From Malacoraja senta (taxonomy: Eukaryota), in contig JAXLNO010005446.1 of assembly GCA_038087875.1 (NCBI GenBank), forward strand, positions 1 through 64,000: 64,000 nt of DNA, given 5' to 3'. Positions within the stretch are counted from its first letter, which is position 1; every line of letters begins with the position of its first letter. The notes beneath the pieces were generated by a model. It saw only the letters and a program-made list of their open reading frames with translations. It ran no database searches and was not told the origin of the DNA. A program made the translations under genes and the position numbers. Shown here piece by piece: positions 34,725 through 45,569 of this stretch.

Positions 34725-35362
34725 GAACTAAGTGTCCTTGGCATGCAAATTATGCGACCTCATGGTCGCGTTGAGCCACAACGGTCCCGCGAAGGCCGGG
34801 CTCGATTACATGCGTACGCACAGCCGTCTGGAGCGCGTGACGTCATTTGAAGATGGACACAAAGCTGGAGTAACTCAGCGGGACCGGCAGCATCTCTGGA
34901 GAGAAGGCATGGGTGACGTTACGGGTCGAGACTCTTCTTCAGTCCGAAAAGAAGGGTCTTGACCCGAAACGTCACCCATTCCTTCTCACCAGAGATGCTG
35001 CCGGTCCCGCTGAGTTACTCCAGCATTTTGTGTCCATCTTCAATTTTCTTGGCCCCGCTCTGGGAGTAGAAGTGGGGGGCGGATCCGGACCGCAACGGCC
35101 GTGAGCCCCAGGCCGAGCTCGGCGATCGTTTGCCTGCTTCTGCTGCCGGTCCCACTTTGGCCGTCAGTTCCGCGACAGGCCGTTGGCGCGCGAAGATTTG
35201 GTTCGCTACAAATATTTCGGCGCCCCGCGCGATGTCGCGCACAACTCCGCGCTTCTCAGTGGGACCGGCCCCGCGCGGCCACACGATGCCCGTGCGCCTC
35301 AACGCGACCACGAGGTCGAGCAATTTGCCTGCCTAGGACACGTAAGTGGGACAGGCCCTTAA
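34725..35362. mobile_element. GC-rich MITE of the AAGGGCCTGTCCCAC family with a nested palindromic Penelope mini element (34855-35035)
   Basis: Right TIR gtaagtgggacaggcccttaa at about 35343-35362; interior homologous to 42510-42768 and 58538-58680. Confidence 0.65.
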
Positions 35363-35386
35363 GATAGCGTTGTGTTTCCTCCGCAG

Positions 35387-35656
35387 GCCTGCATGTGATG
35401 CACCAGTTATGTGGCTGCAGCCAGCGCGGTCGGCAAATGGTCGTGTCTTGGGTGGACGGCTACGACGGAGAAACCGTCCTGTACTACCAGCTGGGCAACA
35501 AGTCGTTCGTCGCCACCCGGCCTCACGCCCAGTCGCTGGTGAACGGCCGCAACGCCAACCTCCAGTTCGTGGAGGCCGTCCCCATACTGGTGTCCAACCT
35601 CTGCGACAAAATCAAACGCCTCGCTGCCCTCGTCAACGTCACCCAGGAAAGGAGAG
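35387..35656 (+). CDS. WB: WB-2 exon 2, membrane-distal beta1 domain (class I alpha2-like)
   Basis: Acceptor gtttcctccgcAG|; GLHVMHQLCGCSQRG...DGYDGETVLYY...VSNLCDKIKRLAALVNVTQERR, with a C101/C164-equivalent pair; donor G|GTCAGT; 270 nt. Confidence 0.92.
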
Positions 35657-35739
35657 GTCAGTGTCCTCAGGTCCACCAGGTCATCATTGATCGGAGCAGA
35701 AATAGACCATTCGGCCCATCAAGTCTGTATCCTTGTGAT

Positions 35740-36660
35740 TGAGGCAGTGCAGCGTAGATTCATAGCAAAAGGATTTGAGTATAGGAGCAGGGAGGTTCTA
35801 CTGCAGTTGTACAGGGTCTCGGTGAGACCACACCTGGAGTATTGCGTACAGTTCTGATCTCCTAATCTGAGGAAGGACATTCTTGCCATAGAGGGAGTAC
35901 AGAGAAGGTTCACCAGATTGATCCCTGGGATGGCGGGACTGTCATATGAGGAAAGATTGAAAAGGCTAGGCTTGTATTCACCGGAGTTTAGAAGGATGAG
36001 GGGGGGGTTCTTATAGAAACATCTAAAATTGTAAAAGGACTGGACAAGCTAGATGCAGGAAAAATGTTCCCAATGTTGGGCGAGTCCAGAACCAGGGGCC
36101 ACACAGTCTTAGAATAAAGGGGAGGCCATTTAAGACTGAGGTGAGAAAAAACGTTTCCACCCAGAGAGTTGTGAATCTGTGGAATTCCCTGCCACAGAGG
36201 GCAGTGGAGGCCAAATCACTGGATGGATTTAAGATGGAGAGTTAGATAGAGCTCTAGGGGCTAGTGGAGTCTTAAAGATAGCGGAGTCAAGGGATATGGG
36301 GAGAAGGCAGGCACGGGTTATTGATTGGGGATGATCAGCCATGATCACAATGAATGGCGGTGCTGGCTCGAAGGGCCAAATGGCCTCTACTCCTGCACCC
36401 ATTGTCTATTGTCTATTGATATGGGGAGAAGGCAGGAACGGGGTACTGATTGGGGATGATCAGCCATGGATCAGATTGAATGGCGGTGCTGGCTCGAAGG
36501 GCCGAATGGCCTACTCCTGCACCTATTGTCTATTGTCTATTGAATGGCGGGGCTGGCTCGAAGGGCCGAATGGCCTACTCCTGCACCTATTGTCTATCGT
36601 CTATTTGAATGGCGGTGCTGGCTCGAAGGGCCGAATGGCATCCTCCTGCACCTATTGTCT
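35740..36660 (+). mobile_element. CR1/HER1-like LINE with triplicated 3' UTR ends
   Basis: RT 3' region followed by repeated AATGGCGGTGCTGGCTCGAAGGGCCG...GTCTATT units. Confidence 0.88.
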
Positions 36661-36729
36661 ATGTTTCTCTGTGTTTCTCTAATCCAAGCTGCTTTCAACC
36701 TGTGCCTCGTTCCCCTGATGTTTGTGCAG

Positions 36730-36999
36730 CTCCCACCTACACCAGGGCTTACACCCAGAGGAGGCTGGCACAAGACTACCTGGTGTGCCAGGCGAGCGGG
36801 TTCTTCCCCCGCCACGTCAACGTGAGCTGGGTCAGAGACGGAGAGGTGGTGGAGAGGGGGCAGGAGACGGTCGACGTGGTCCCTCAAAGCGACGGGACCT
36901 TCCAAGTCAGGAGCGTGCGCCCGCTAAACGGCGACGGCGGGACGTACGTCTGTCAAGTGGAACATGAAGCCGTCAAGGGGAAGCTGTTCATACCTCTGG
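36730..36999 (+). CDS. WB: WB-2 exon 3, Ig-C1 beta2 domain (class I alpha3-like)
   Basis: Acceptor tttgtgcAG|; APTYTRAYTQRRLAQDYLVCQASGFFPRHVNVSWVRDG...VVPQSDGTFQVRS...YVCQVEHEAVKGKLFIPL; donor G|GTAAGG; 270 nt. Confidence 0.93.
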
Positions 37000-37569
37000 G
37001 TAAGGGATACATATACAATACAATACCGTTTATTGTCAAATGAAGTTCAAACGAAATTTGGTTTCTGCAGTCATACAACAAGAAAAAAACCAAGACACAC
37101 ACTTAACACAATTTACACAAACATCCATCACAGTGAGGAGGAATCTCCTCACTGTGATGGAAGGCAAAGTCTTGTCTCTCCCCTGCTCTCCATTCTTCTC
37201 CCGATGTCAAAGTCCCCGGCGGGCGATGGCAAGACCCGTGGCCGTTAACGTCGCACCGGGCGATGTCAAGGCCCCCACTCCGGGTCTTAATGTTGGAGCC
37301 CCCGGCAGGCGTTGGCAAGTCCCGCGGCCGTTTAAGCTGCGCCGGGCGATGTAAGGCCCCACTCCGGGTCAATTTCAAACCCGCAACTCGGGCGGGAGAA
37401 GACGATAGACAATAGGTGCAGGAGTAGGCCATTCAGTGAGATCCCTCCCCCACAACCAAGTCGCACCAGCTTCTCGTTCACACCTAGCAATCGGCTAACA
37501 ATGGCCTGTTTCCTTCATCATCGTTAGTTTTTTGCACATCATTCATTCATTTGTTCTATATCTCTCCAC

Positions 37570-38010
37570 ATCTCTGGATAGACTCGGCTTGTACTCGCTA
37601 GAATTTAGAAGTTTGAGGGGGGAATTTATAGAAACGTACAAAATTCTTAAGGGGTTGGGACAGGCTAGATGCAGGAAGATTGTGCCCGATGTTGGGGAAG
37701 TCCAGAACAAGGGGCCACACAGTTTAAGGATAAGGGGGAAGTCTTTTAGGACCGAGATGAGAAAAACATTTTTTACACACAGAGTGGTGAATCTGTGGAA
37801 TTCTCTGCCACAGAAGGTAGTTGAGGCCAGTTCATTGGCTATATTTAAGAGGGAGTTAGATGTGGCCCTTGTGGCTAAAGGGATCAGGGGGTATCGAGAG
37901 AAAGCAGGTACAGGATACTGAGTTGGATGATCAGCCATGATCATATTGAATGGCGGTGCAGGCTCGAAGGGCCGATTGGCCTACTCCTGCACCTATTTTC
38001 TATGTTTCTA
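37570..38010 (+). mobile_element. CR1 3' fragment
   Basis: ORF 37532-37921. Confidence 0.88.
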
Positions 38011-38259
38011 TCTCCACAAGGTAAGGGTTAGGTTAGGTAAAGAGGAGGTGCAGCGAGGTGCAGCGAGACCTGGGCGTCCTTGTACCAACTGAAAGTTGGC
38101 GTGCGGGTACAATACTCGGACTGAAGAAGGCCAATGTGCCAGACGTCTCTGCCCAACCTATCTACATTGTGGGCCGAATTGAAGGCCGTATTTCCCTTGC
38201 TGGATCTCGAAACTCTAAATGAATAGTTACCTGGACTTCACAAAGTGTCTTCTCTGCAG

Positions 38260-38373
38260 AACGCAACCTGGCAGTGTCGAATGAAGCTTTGATCATCATC
38301 GGGAGTGTGATGGGAATATTGGGAATCTCGGCAGCGGTGGTGGCCACAGTGATTCATTGCTGGCTCTTGCATG
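38260..38373 (+). CDS. WB: WB-2 exon 4, connecting peptide and transmembrane helix
   Basis: Acceptor gtcttctctgcAG|; ERNLAVSNEALIIIGSVMGILGISAAVVATVIHCWLLH; donor G|GTAAGT; 114 nt. Confidence 0.92.
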
Positions 38374-38384
38374 GTAAGTTAAGT

Positions 38385-39070
38385 CTACTATCTAAATGGC
38401 GTCAAGTTGGGAAAAGAGGAAGTACAACGGGATCTGGGGGTCCTTGTACATCAGTCTATGAAAGTAAGCATGCAGGTACAGCAGGCAGTGAAGAAAGCCA
38501 ATGGCACGTTGGCCTTTATAACAAGAGGAATCGAATATAGGAGCAAAGAGGTCCTTCTGCAGTTGTACAGGGCCCTGGTGAGACCACACCTGGCGTATTG
38601 TGTGCAGTTTTGGCCTGTTTGCCTTCATAACAAGAGGAGTTGAGTACAGGAGCAAAGAGGTCCTTCTGCAGTTGTACAGGGCCCTGGTTCTGGACTCCCC
38701 CAACATCTAGAACATGTTTCCTGCCTCTAGCGTGTCCGAACCCTTAATAATCTTATATGTTTCAATAAGATTGCCTCTCATCCTTCTAAACTCCAGAGTA
38801 TACAAGCCCAGCCGCTCCATTCTAACAACATATGACAGTCCCGCCATCCCGGGAATTAACCTGGTGAACCTACGCTGGGCTCCCTCAATAGCGAGAATGT
38901 TCATCCTCAAATTAGGGGACCAAAACCGCACACAATACTCCAGGTGTGGTCTCTCCAGGGCCCTGTACAACTGCAGAAGGACCTCTTTGCTCCAATACTC
39001 GACTCCTCTTGTTATGAAGGCCAACAGGCCATTCGCTCTCTTCACTGCCTGCTGTACCTGCATGCTTACT
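38385..39070. mobile_element. Head-to-head CR1 fragments
   Basis: ORFs 38407-38643(+) and 38707-39063(-). Confidence 0.85.
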
Positions 39071-39268
39071 TGATGTGGAGTGAATTTATGGAGGTGTATA
39101 AGCTCATGAGATCGGGTAGACGCACAGTTCTTTTGCCCAGAGTAGGGGAATTAAGATCTAGATGGCATACTGTAGGTTTAACGTGAGGAGGGAAAGATTT
39201 AATAGGAACTTGAGGAGCTTGTTTCAATATGGATGCGAAACATGTAATGTCTCTATTTCTATGTACAG

Positions 39269-39298
39269 GTGGAAAGAAGTCAGGTGTTACTCCAACAG
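39269..39298 (+). CDS. WB: WB-2 exon 5, 30-nt cytoplasmic mini-exon
   Basis: Acceptor ctctatttctatgtacAG|; GGKKSGVTPT; donor CAG|GTGAGC; phase 1-1. Confidence 0.7.
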
Positions 39299-39369
39299 GT
39301 GAGCCAAACGTCTCAATAGCTTTTGTACAATATAGATGTAAGCATTATATACCTCCCCCTCTTCCATCA

Positions 39370-41580
39370 GAAACATAGAAACATAGAAAATAGGTGCAGG
39401 AGGATGCCATTCGGCCCTTCAAGCCAGCACCTTTCATGAAAATAGGTGCAGGAGGAGGCCATTCGGCCCTTCAAGCCAGCACCGCCATTCATTGTGATCA
39501 TGGCTGATCGTCCCCTATCAATAACCCGTGCCTGCCTTCTCCCCATATCCCTTGATTCCACCAGCCCCCGAGAGCTCTATCTAACTCTCTCTAAAATCCA
39601 TCCAGTGATTTGGCCTCCACTGCCCTCTGCCCTAATTCCACAAATTAGACAATAGACAATAGGTGCAGGAGTAGAGGCCATTTGGCCCTTCGACCAGCAC
39701 CGCCATTCAATGTGATCATGGTTGATCATCCCCAATCAGTACCCCGTTCCTGCCTTCTCCCCATATCCCCTGACTCCGCTATTTTTAAGAGCCCTATCTA
39801 TCTCTCTCTTGAAAGCATCCAGAGAACCTGCCTCCACCGCCCTCTGAGGCAGAGAATTCCACAGACTCACCACTCTCTGTGAGAAAAAGTGTTTCCTCGT
39901 CTCCGTTCTAAATGGCTTACCCCTTATTCTTAAACTGTGGCCCCTGGTTCTCGACTCCCCCAACATCGGGAACATGTTTCCTGCCTCTAGCGTGTCCAAG
40001 CCCTTAACAATTCACAACTCTCTGGGTGAAAAAGTTTTTTTCTCACCTCAGTCTTAAATGGCCTCCCGTTTATTCTAAGACCGTGTGGCCCCTGGTTCTG
40101 GACTCGCCCAACATTGGGAACATTTTTCCTGCATCTAGCTTGTCCAGTCCTTTTATAATTTTATATGTTTCTATAAGATCCCCCCCCCCCTCCCCCTCAT
40201 CCTTCTAAACTCCAGTGAATACAAGCCTAGTCTTTTCAATCTTTCCTCATATGACAGTCCCGCCATCCCAGGGATTAATGTCGTGAACCTACGCTGCACT
40301 GCCTCAATCACAAGGATGTCCTTCCTCAAATTAAGAGACCAAAACTGTACACAATACTCCAGATGTGGTCTCACCAGAGCCCTATACAACTGCAGAAGAA
40401 CCTCTTTACTCCTATACTGAAATCCTCTTGTTATGAAGGCAAACATTCCATTAGCTTTTTTCACTGCCTGCTGTACCTGCACGCCAACTTTCAGTGACTG
40501 GTGTACAAGGACACCCAGGTCTCGCTGTACCCCCCCCCCCCCCTTACCTAACCTAACCCCAATGAGATAATAATCTGCCCCCTTGTTTTTGCCACCAAAG
40601 TGGATAACCTCACATTTATCTATATTATACTGCATCTGCCACGCATCTGCCCACTCACTCAACCTGTCCAGGTCACCCTGCAACCTCCTAACATCCTCCT
40701 CAAGGCTGCAAGGTGACTTGGATAGGTTGGGTGAGTGGGCAAATGTTTGGCAGATGCAGTATAATGTGGATAAATGTGAGGTTATCCACTTTGGTGCAAG
40801 AACAGGAAAGTAGACTATTATCTGAATGGTGGCCGATTAGGAAAAGGGGAGATGCAATGAGACCTGGGTGTCATGGTACACCAGTCATTGAAAGTAGGCA
40901 TGCAGGTGCAGCAGGCAGTGAAGAAAGCGAATGGTATGTTAGCATTCATAGCAAAAGGATTTGAGTATAGAAGCAGGGAGGTTCTACTGCAGTTGTACAG
41001 GGTCTTGGTGAGACCACACCTGGAGTATTGCGTACAGTTTTGGTCTCCTAATCTGAGGAAAGACATTCTTGCCATAGAGGGAGTACAGAGAAGGTTCACC
41101 AGACTGATTCCTGGGATGACAGGACTTTCATATGAAGAAAGACTGGATAGACTCGGCTTGTACTCGATAGAATTTAGAAGATTGAGGGGGGATCTTATAG
41201 AAACTTACAAAATTCTTAAGGGGTTGGACAGGCTAGATGCAGGAAGATTGTTCCCGATGTTGGGGAAGTCCAGAACAAGGGGTCACAGTTTAACGATAAG
41301 GGGGAAGTCTTTTAGGACCGAGATGAGAATTTGTTTTTCCACACAGAGAGTGGTGAATCTGTGGAATTCTCTGCCACAGAAGGTAGTTGAGGCCAGTTCA
41401 TTGGCTATATTTAAGAGGGAGTTAGATGTGGCCCTTGTGGCTAAAGGGATCAGGGGGTATGGAGAGAAGGCAGGTACGGGATACTGAGTTGGATGATCAG
41501 CCATGATCATATCGAATGGCGGTGCAGGCTTGAAGGGCCGAATGGCCTTCTCCTGCACCTATTGTCTATGTTTCTATGAC
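39370..41580. mobile_element. Cluster of CR1/HER1-like LINEs, tail-to-tail
   Basis: ORFs 39736-39999(-), 40171-40683(-), 40873-41487(+). Confidence 0.9.
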
Positions 41581-41626
41581 AGTAATAAATTAAATGCAAT
41601 ACAATGTGACTCTGCTCTTTCCACAG

Positions 41627-41725
41627 TGGGCTTCAACAAGGAGACAGGGTTATGCCGAACCTACACTTGTGGTGGGAGTGTTCACTCCAACACATCCAAC
41701 AGCTCAAATTCCAGCGGAGATTCAG
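41627..41725 (+). CDS. WB: WB-2 exon 6, cytoplasmic
   Basis: Acceptor ctctgctctttccacAG|; VGFNKETGLCRTYTCGGSVHSNTSNSSNSSGDS; donor CAG|GTAATA; 99 nt, phase 1-1; unique sequence among repeats. Confidence 0.72.
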
Positions 41726-41782
41726 GTAATACGAGACACAGGAATAGAATTAGGTCCGAATATAGACACAAAAAGCTGGAGT

Positions 41783-42768
41783 AAGGGGCCTGTCCCACTT
41801 GCATGCGATTGCGTGCGTTTGGCGCGACCAACGGAGGTCGCGCACAGTTCGCGCTAAAGTTCGCGCATGACGTCATTTAAGTCATGCTTACAAATCAGCT
41901 GGGCAGGAGGCGGGCCGACTGAATTTGGGCGTCGGGTAGTGACGTCATCGCGCAACGCCACGCCGGGCGGTGATGTCATCGCGCAACACCACGCGTTAGG
42001 CGTACATAGATACACAGATACATAGACAATAGGTGCAGGAGTAGGCCATTCGGCCCTTCGAGCCTGCACCGCCATTCAATATGATCATGGCTGATCATCC
42101 AACTCAATATCCCGTACCTGCCTTCTCTCCATACCCCCTGATCCCTTTAGCCACAAGGGCCACATCTAACTCCCTCTTAAATATAGCCAATGAACTGGCC
42201 TCAACTACCTTCTGTGGCAGAGAGTTCCAGAGATTCACCACTCTCTGTGTGAAAAAGTTTTCCTCATCTCGGTTTTAAAGGATTTCCCCTTTATCCTTAA
42301 GCTGTGACCCCTTGTCCTGGACTTCCCCAACATCGGGAACAATCTTCCTGCATCTAGCCTGTCCAACCCCATAAGAATTTTGTACGTTTCTATAAGATCC
42401 CCCCTCAATCTTCTAAATTCTAGCGAGTACAAGCCAAGTCTATCCAGTCTTTCTTCATATGAAAGTCCTGACATCCCAGGAATCAGTCTGGTGAACTTCT
42501 CTGTACTCCCTCAAGACGCTGCGCACGACCGCAATGCGCCTGCGTGCGTACGCGGGCCGGCAGGCCGTTGGCGAGCGAAGATTCCGGCCACCGCAGGAAT
42601 TTCAGAGCCCCGCGCGATGTCGCGACCAGCCCCCGCACAACTCCATACCCCTCCGCGCCTCTAAGTGGGACCGGCCCCGCGCGGCCACACGGTGCCCGTA
42701 CGCCCCAAGCGACCACCAGGTGGCGTAATTTGCGAGCCGGGGTAGCGTAAGTGGGACAGGACCTTTAG
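41783..42768. mobile_element. MITE (AAGGGCCTGTCCCAC TIRs) split by a CR1 insertion (about 42010-42505, -)
   Basis: Left TIR aaggggcctgtcccacttg at about 41783; right TIR taagtgggacaggacctt at about 42748-42768. Confidence 0.7.
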
Positions 42769-43829
42769 GTTCGAATATCGACACAAAAAGCTGGAGTAAC
42801 TCAGCGGGACAGGACTGCAGCATCTCTGGAGAAAATGGTATAGGTGACTGTTTCGGGTCGAGACCCTTCTTCAGACCCGAAACGTCGCCTATTTCCTTCG
42901 CTCCATAGATTAGATTAGATTAGATTATATTTCTTGTCATTTGAACCTCAAAGAGGCTCAAACGAAACTCCGTTTCCACAGCCATACAAACAAAACAATT
43001 CCTACACGACACATAAACAATTCAATTTACAGAAAAACATCCATCACAGTGAATCTCCTCCTCACTGTGATGGAAGGCAAAGTCTTTTTCTCTCCCTGCA
43101 CCATTTTTCTCCCGATGTTGAAGCCCCAGGCGGGTAATGTTAAGTCCCACGGCCGTTGAGGCCGCGCCGGGCGGTGTACGGCCTCGCTCCGGGCCCAAAA
43201 GTCACAAAGTTGGAGCCCCCGTCGGGCGCTGGAATGTCCCGCGGCCATTAAAGCCGCGCAGGGCGGTGTACGGCCCCGCTCCGGGTCGTTCCATCCCCGC
43301 GACATGGGCGGGAGAAGTTGCGTTGTGGGAGCTCCGGAAAGCGGTCTCTCACCCGGACCCGCGAGCTCCCGATATCATAGTCCACGGGTCTGCAGCTGCA
43401 GCTGGAGCTCCGGATTCGGGCCGCAGCAGCGAGCCACCACCGCTCCCCCACGCTCCGAGGGCGGCCAGCCCCACCCACGATGGTAAGTCCGCAGCTCCAC
43501 AGGCTCCGCGACTGGAGCCCCCAAGTCGTCCCGGTCGGAGGCCGCTCGCTCCACGGAGCTAGGCCCCAACGACAACGGAGACCCGACAGGGAAAAGGTCG
43601 GGTCTCCCGTGCAGAGAAGCGTTTTTTTTTAAGTTTCCCCCTCCCCGCGCCCCCCACATATACACAGTTAAAAACAGTATAAAAAAAACACAAACAACTA
43701 CATTTAACTAAACAAAAATTTTTAAAAAAGACAGACAGGCTGTAGGGGCCGCTGCAGTAATCCGCGACGCAGCACTTGATGCTGCCTCATCCGCTGAGTT
43801 TCCCCAGCATTTTTGTCTGGAGCGGCCGG

Positions 43830-45240
43830 GCTTCCTCTGAGGCACAGAATTCCACAGACTCACCACTCTCTGTGAGAAAAAGTGTTTCCTCGTCTCCGTT
43901 CTAAATGGCCGTCCCCTTATTCTTAAACTGTGTGTGTGTGGCCCCTGGTTCTGGACTCCCCCAACATCGGGAACATGTTTCCTGCCTCTAGCGTGTCCAA
44001 ACCCTTTACAATCTTATATGTTTCAATAAGATGCCCTCTCATCCTTCCAAACTCCAGAGTGTACAAGCCCAGCCGCTCCATTCCCTCAGCCGATGACAGT
44101 CCCGCCATCCCGGGAATTAACCTTGTAAACCTACGCTGCACTCCCTCAATAGCAAGAATGTCCTTCCTCAAATTAGGGGAGCAAAACTGCACACAATACT
44201 CCAGGTGTGGTCTCACAAGGGCCCTGTACAACTGCAGAAGGACCTCTTTGCTCCTGTACTCAACTCCTCTTGTTATGAAGGCCAACAGGCCAAAACTGCA
44301 CACAGTACTCCAGGTGTGGTCTCACCAGGGCCCTGTACAACTGCAGAAGGACCTCTTTGCTCCTGTACTCAACTCCTCTTGTTATGAAGGCCAACAGGCC
44401 ATTTGCTTTCTTCACTGCCTTGCACTAAACATTATTCCCTTATCATGTATCTATACACTGTAAAATGGCTCGATTGTAATCATGTATTGTCTTTCCGCTG
44501 ACTGGTTAGCACGCAACAAAAGCTTTTCACTGTACCTCGCTACACGTGACAATAAACTAAACTAAACTGAACTTGCACTTTATGGTTTTTTTGCAGCTGA
44601 TGGGTTGACTAAATCTTCGGCATAAGGTACGTTCGGTCAGTTTTATTCTTGCTATTGAGGGAGCCCAGCGTAGGTTCACCAGGTTAATTCCTGGGATGGC
44701 GGGACTGTCATATGCTGAGAGAATGGAGCGGCTGGGCTTGTACACTCTGGAATTTAGAAGGATGAGAGGGAATTCTTATTGAAACATATAAGATTATTAA
44801 GGGTTTAGACTAGGCTTGTATTCACTGGAGTTTAGAAGGATGGGGGGGGGGGGATCTTATAGAAACATATAAAATTATAAAAGGACTGGACAAGCTTGGT
44901 GCAGGAAAAATTTCCCCAATGTTGGGCGAGTCCAGAACCAGGGGCCACACACAGTCTTAGAATAAAGGGAGGTCATTTAAGACTGAGGTGAGAACAAACT
45001 TTTCACCCAGAGAGTTGTGAATTTGTGGAATTCCCTGCCACAGAGGGCAGTGGAGGCCAAGTCACTGGATGGATTTAAGAGAGAGTTAGATAGAGCTCTA
45101 GGGGCTAGTGGAATCAAGGGATATGGAGAGAAGGCAGGCACGGGTTATTGATTGGGGGACGATCAGCCATGATCACAATGAATGGCGGTGCTGGCTCAAA
45201 GGGCCGAATGGCCTCCTTCTGCACCTATTTTCTATGTTTC
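43830..45240. mobile_element. CR1 fragments
   Basis: ORFs 43923-44303(-) and 44557-44745 region(+); includes the 109-nt duplication junction at about 44275-44305. Confidence 0.85.
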
Positions 45241-45480
45241 TTTCAATTTCAGGATAGTGTTAGTGATAGCGGGGATCGCTGGTCGGCCCGGACTCGGTGG
45301 GCCGAAGGCCCTGTTTCCGCTCTGTATCTCTAAAGCCTAAATCGGGTCTGAACCGAGCTGAAAACTCGAAAACATTTCACGATATGTTCATTCGATAAGA
45401 TGCGCGATCGGTTTGGACTTTAGACTTTTCAACTGCAGCGATTTAAGAGCAATCCAAAGCATTTGACTCTCTCTTCACAG

Positions 45481-45557
45481 ACCACACAGTTGGACTCAGG
45501 ACCCTCTCTCTGCTCCCCTTCTACATCGACGAGACCAATCGTGGACTGGGCGAATAA
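45481..45557 (+). CDS. WB: WB-2 candidate terminal coding exon 7
   Basis: Acceptor tttgactctctcttcacAG|; phase-1 entry gives DHTVGLRTLSLLPFYIDETNRGLGE-TAA; unique sequence; AATAAA at 46396-46401 in a downstream AT-rich unique stretch. Confidence 0.6.
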
Positions 45558-45569
45558 TTGACGAATGAC

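Noticed and set aside
35387-38373. Calling WB-1 and WB-2 classical class I or classical class II beta
   Set aside because: No alpha1 exon was found between leader and distal exon (against class I). DGTFQ instead of DWTFQ and GxH..Q/H...C plus (A/G)(Y/F)DG motifs argue against class II beta.
45240-45260. Alternative WB-2 terminal acceptor (ttcaatttcAG|GATAG, giving G*)
   Set aside because: It lies at a junction with SINE tail sequence; the unique exon at 45481 has a better polypyrimidine tract.
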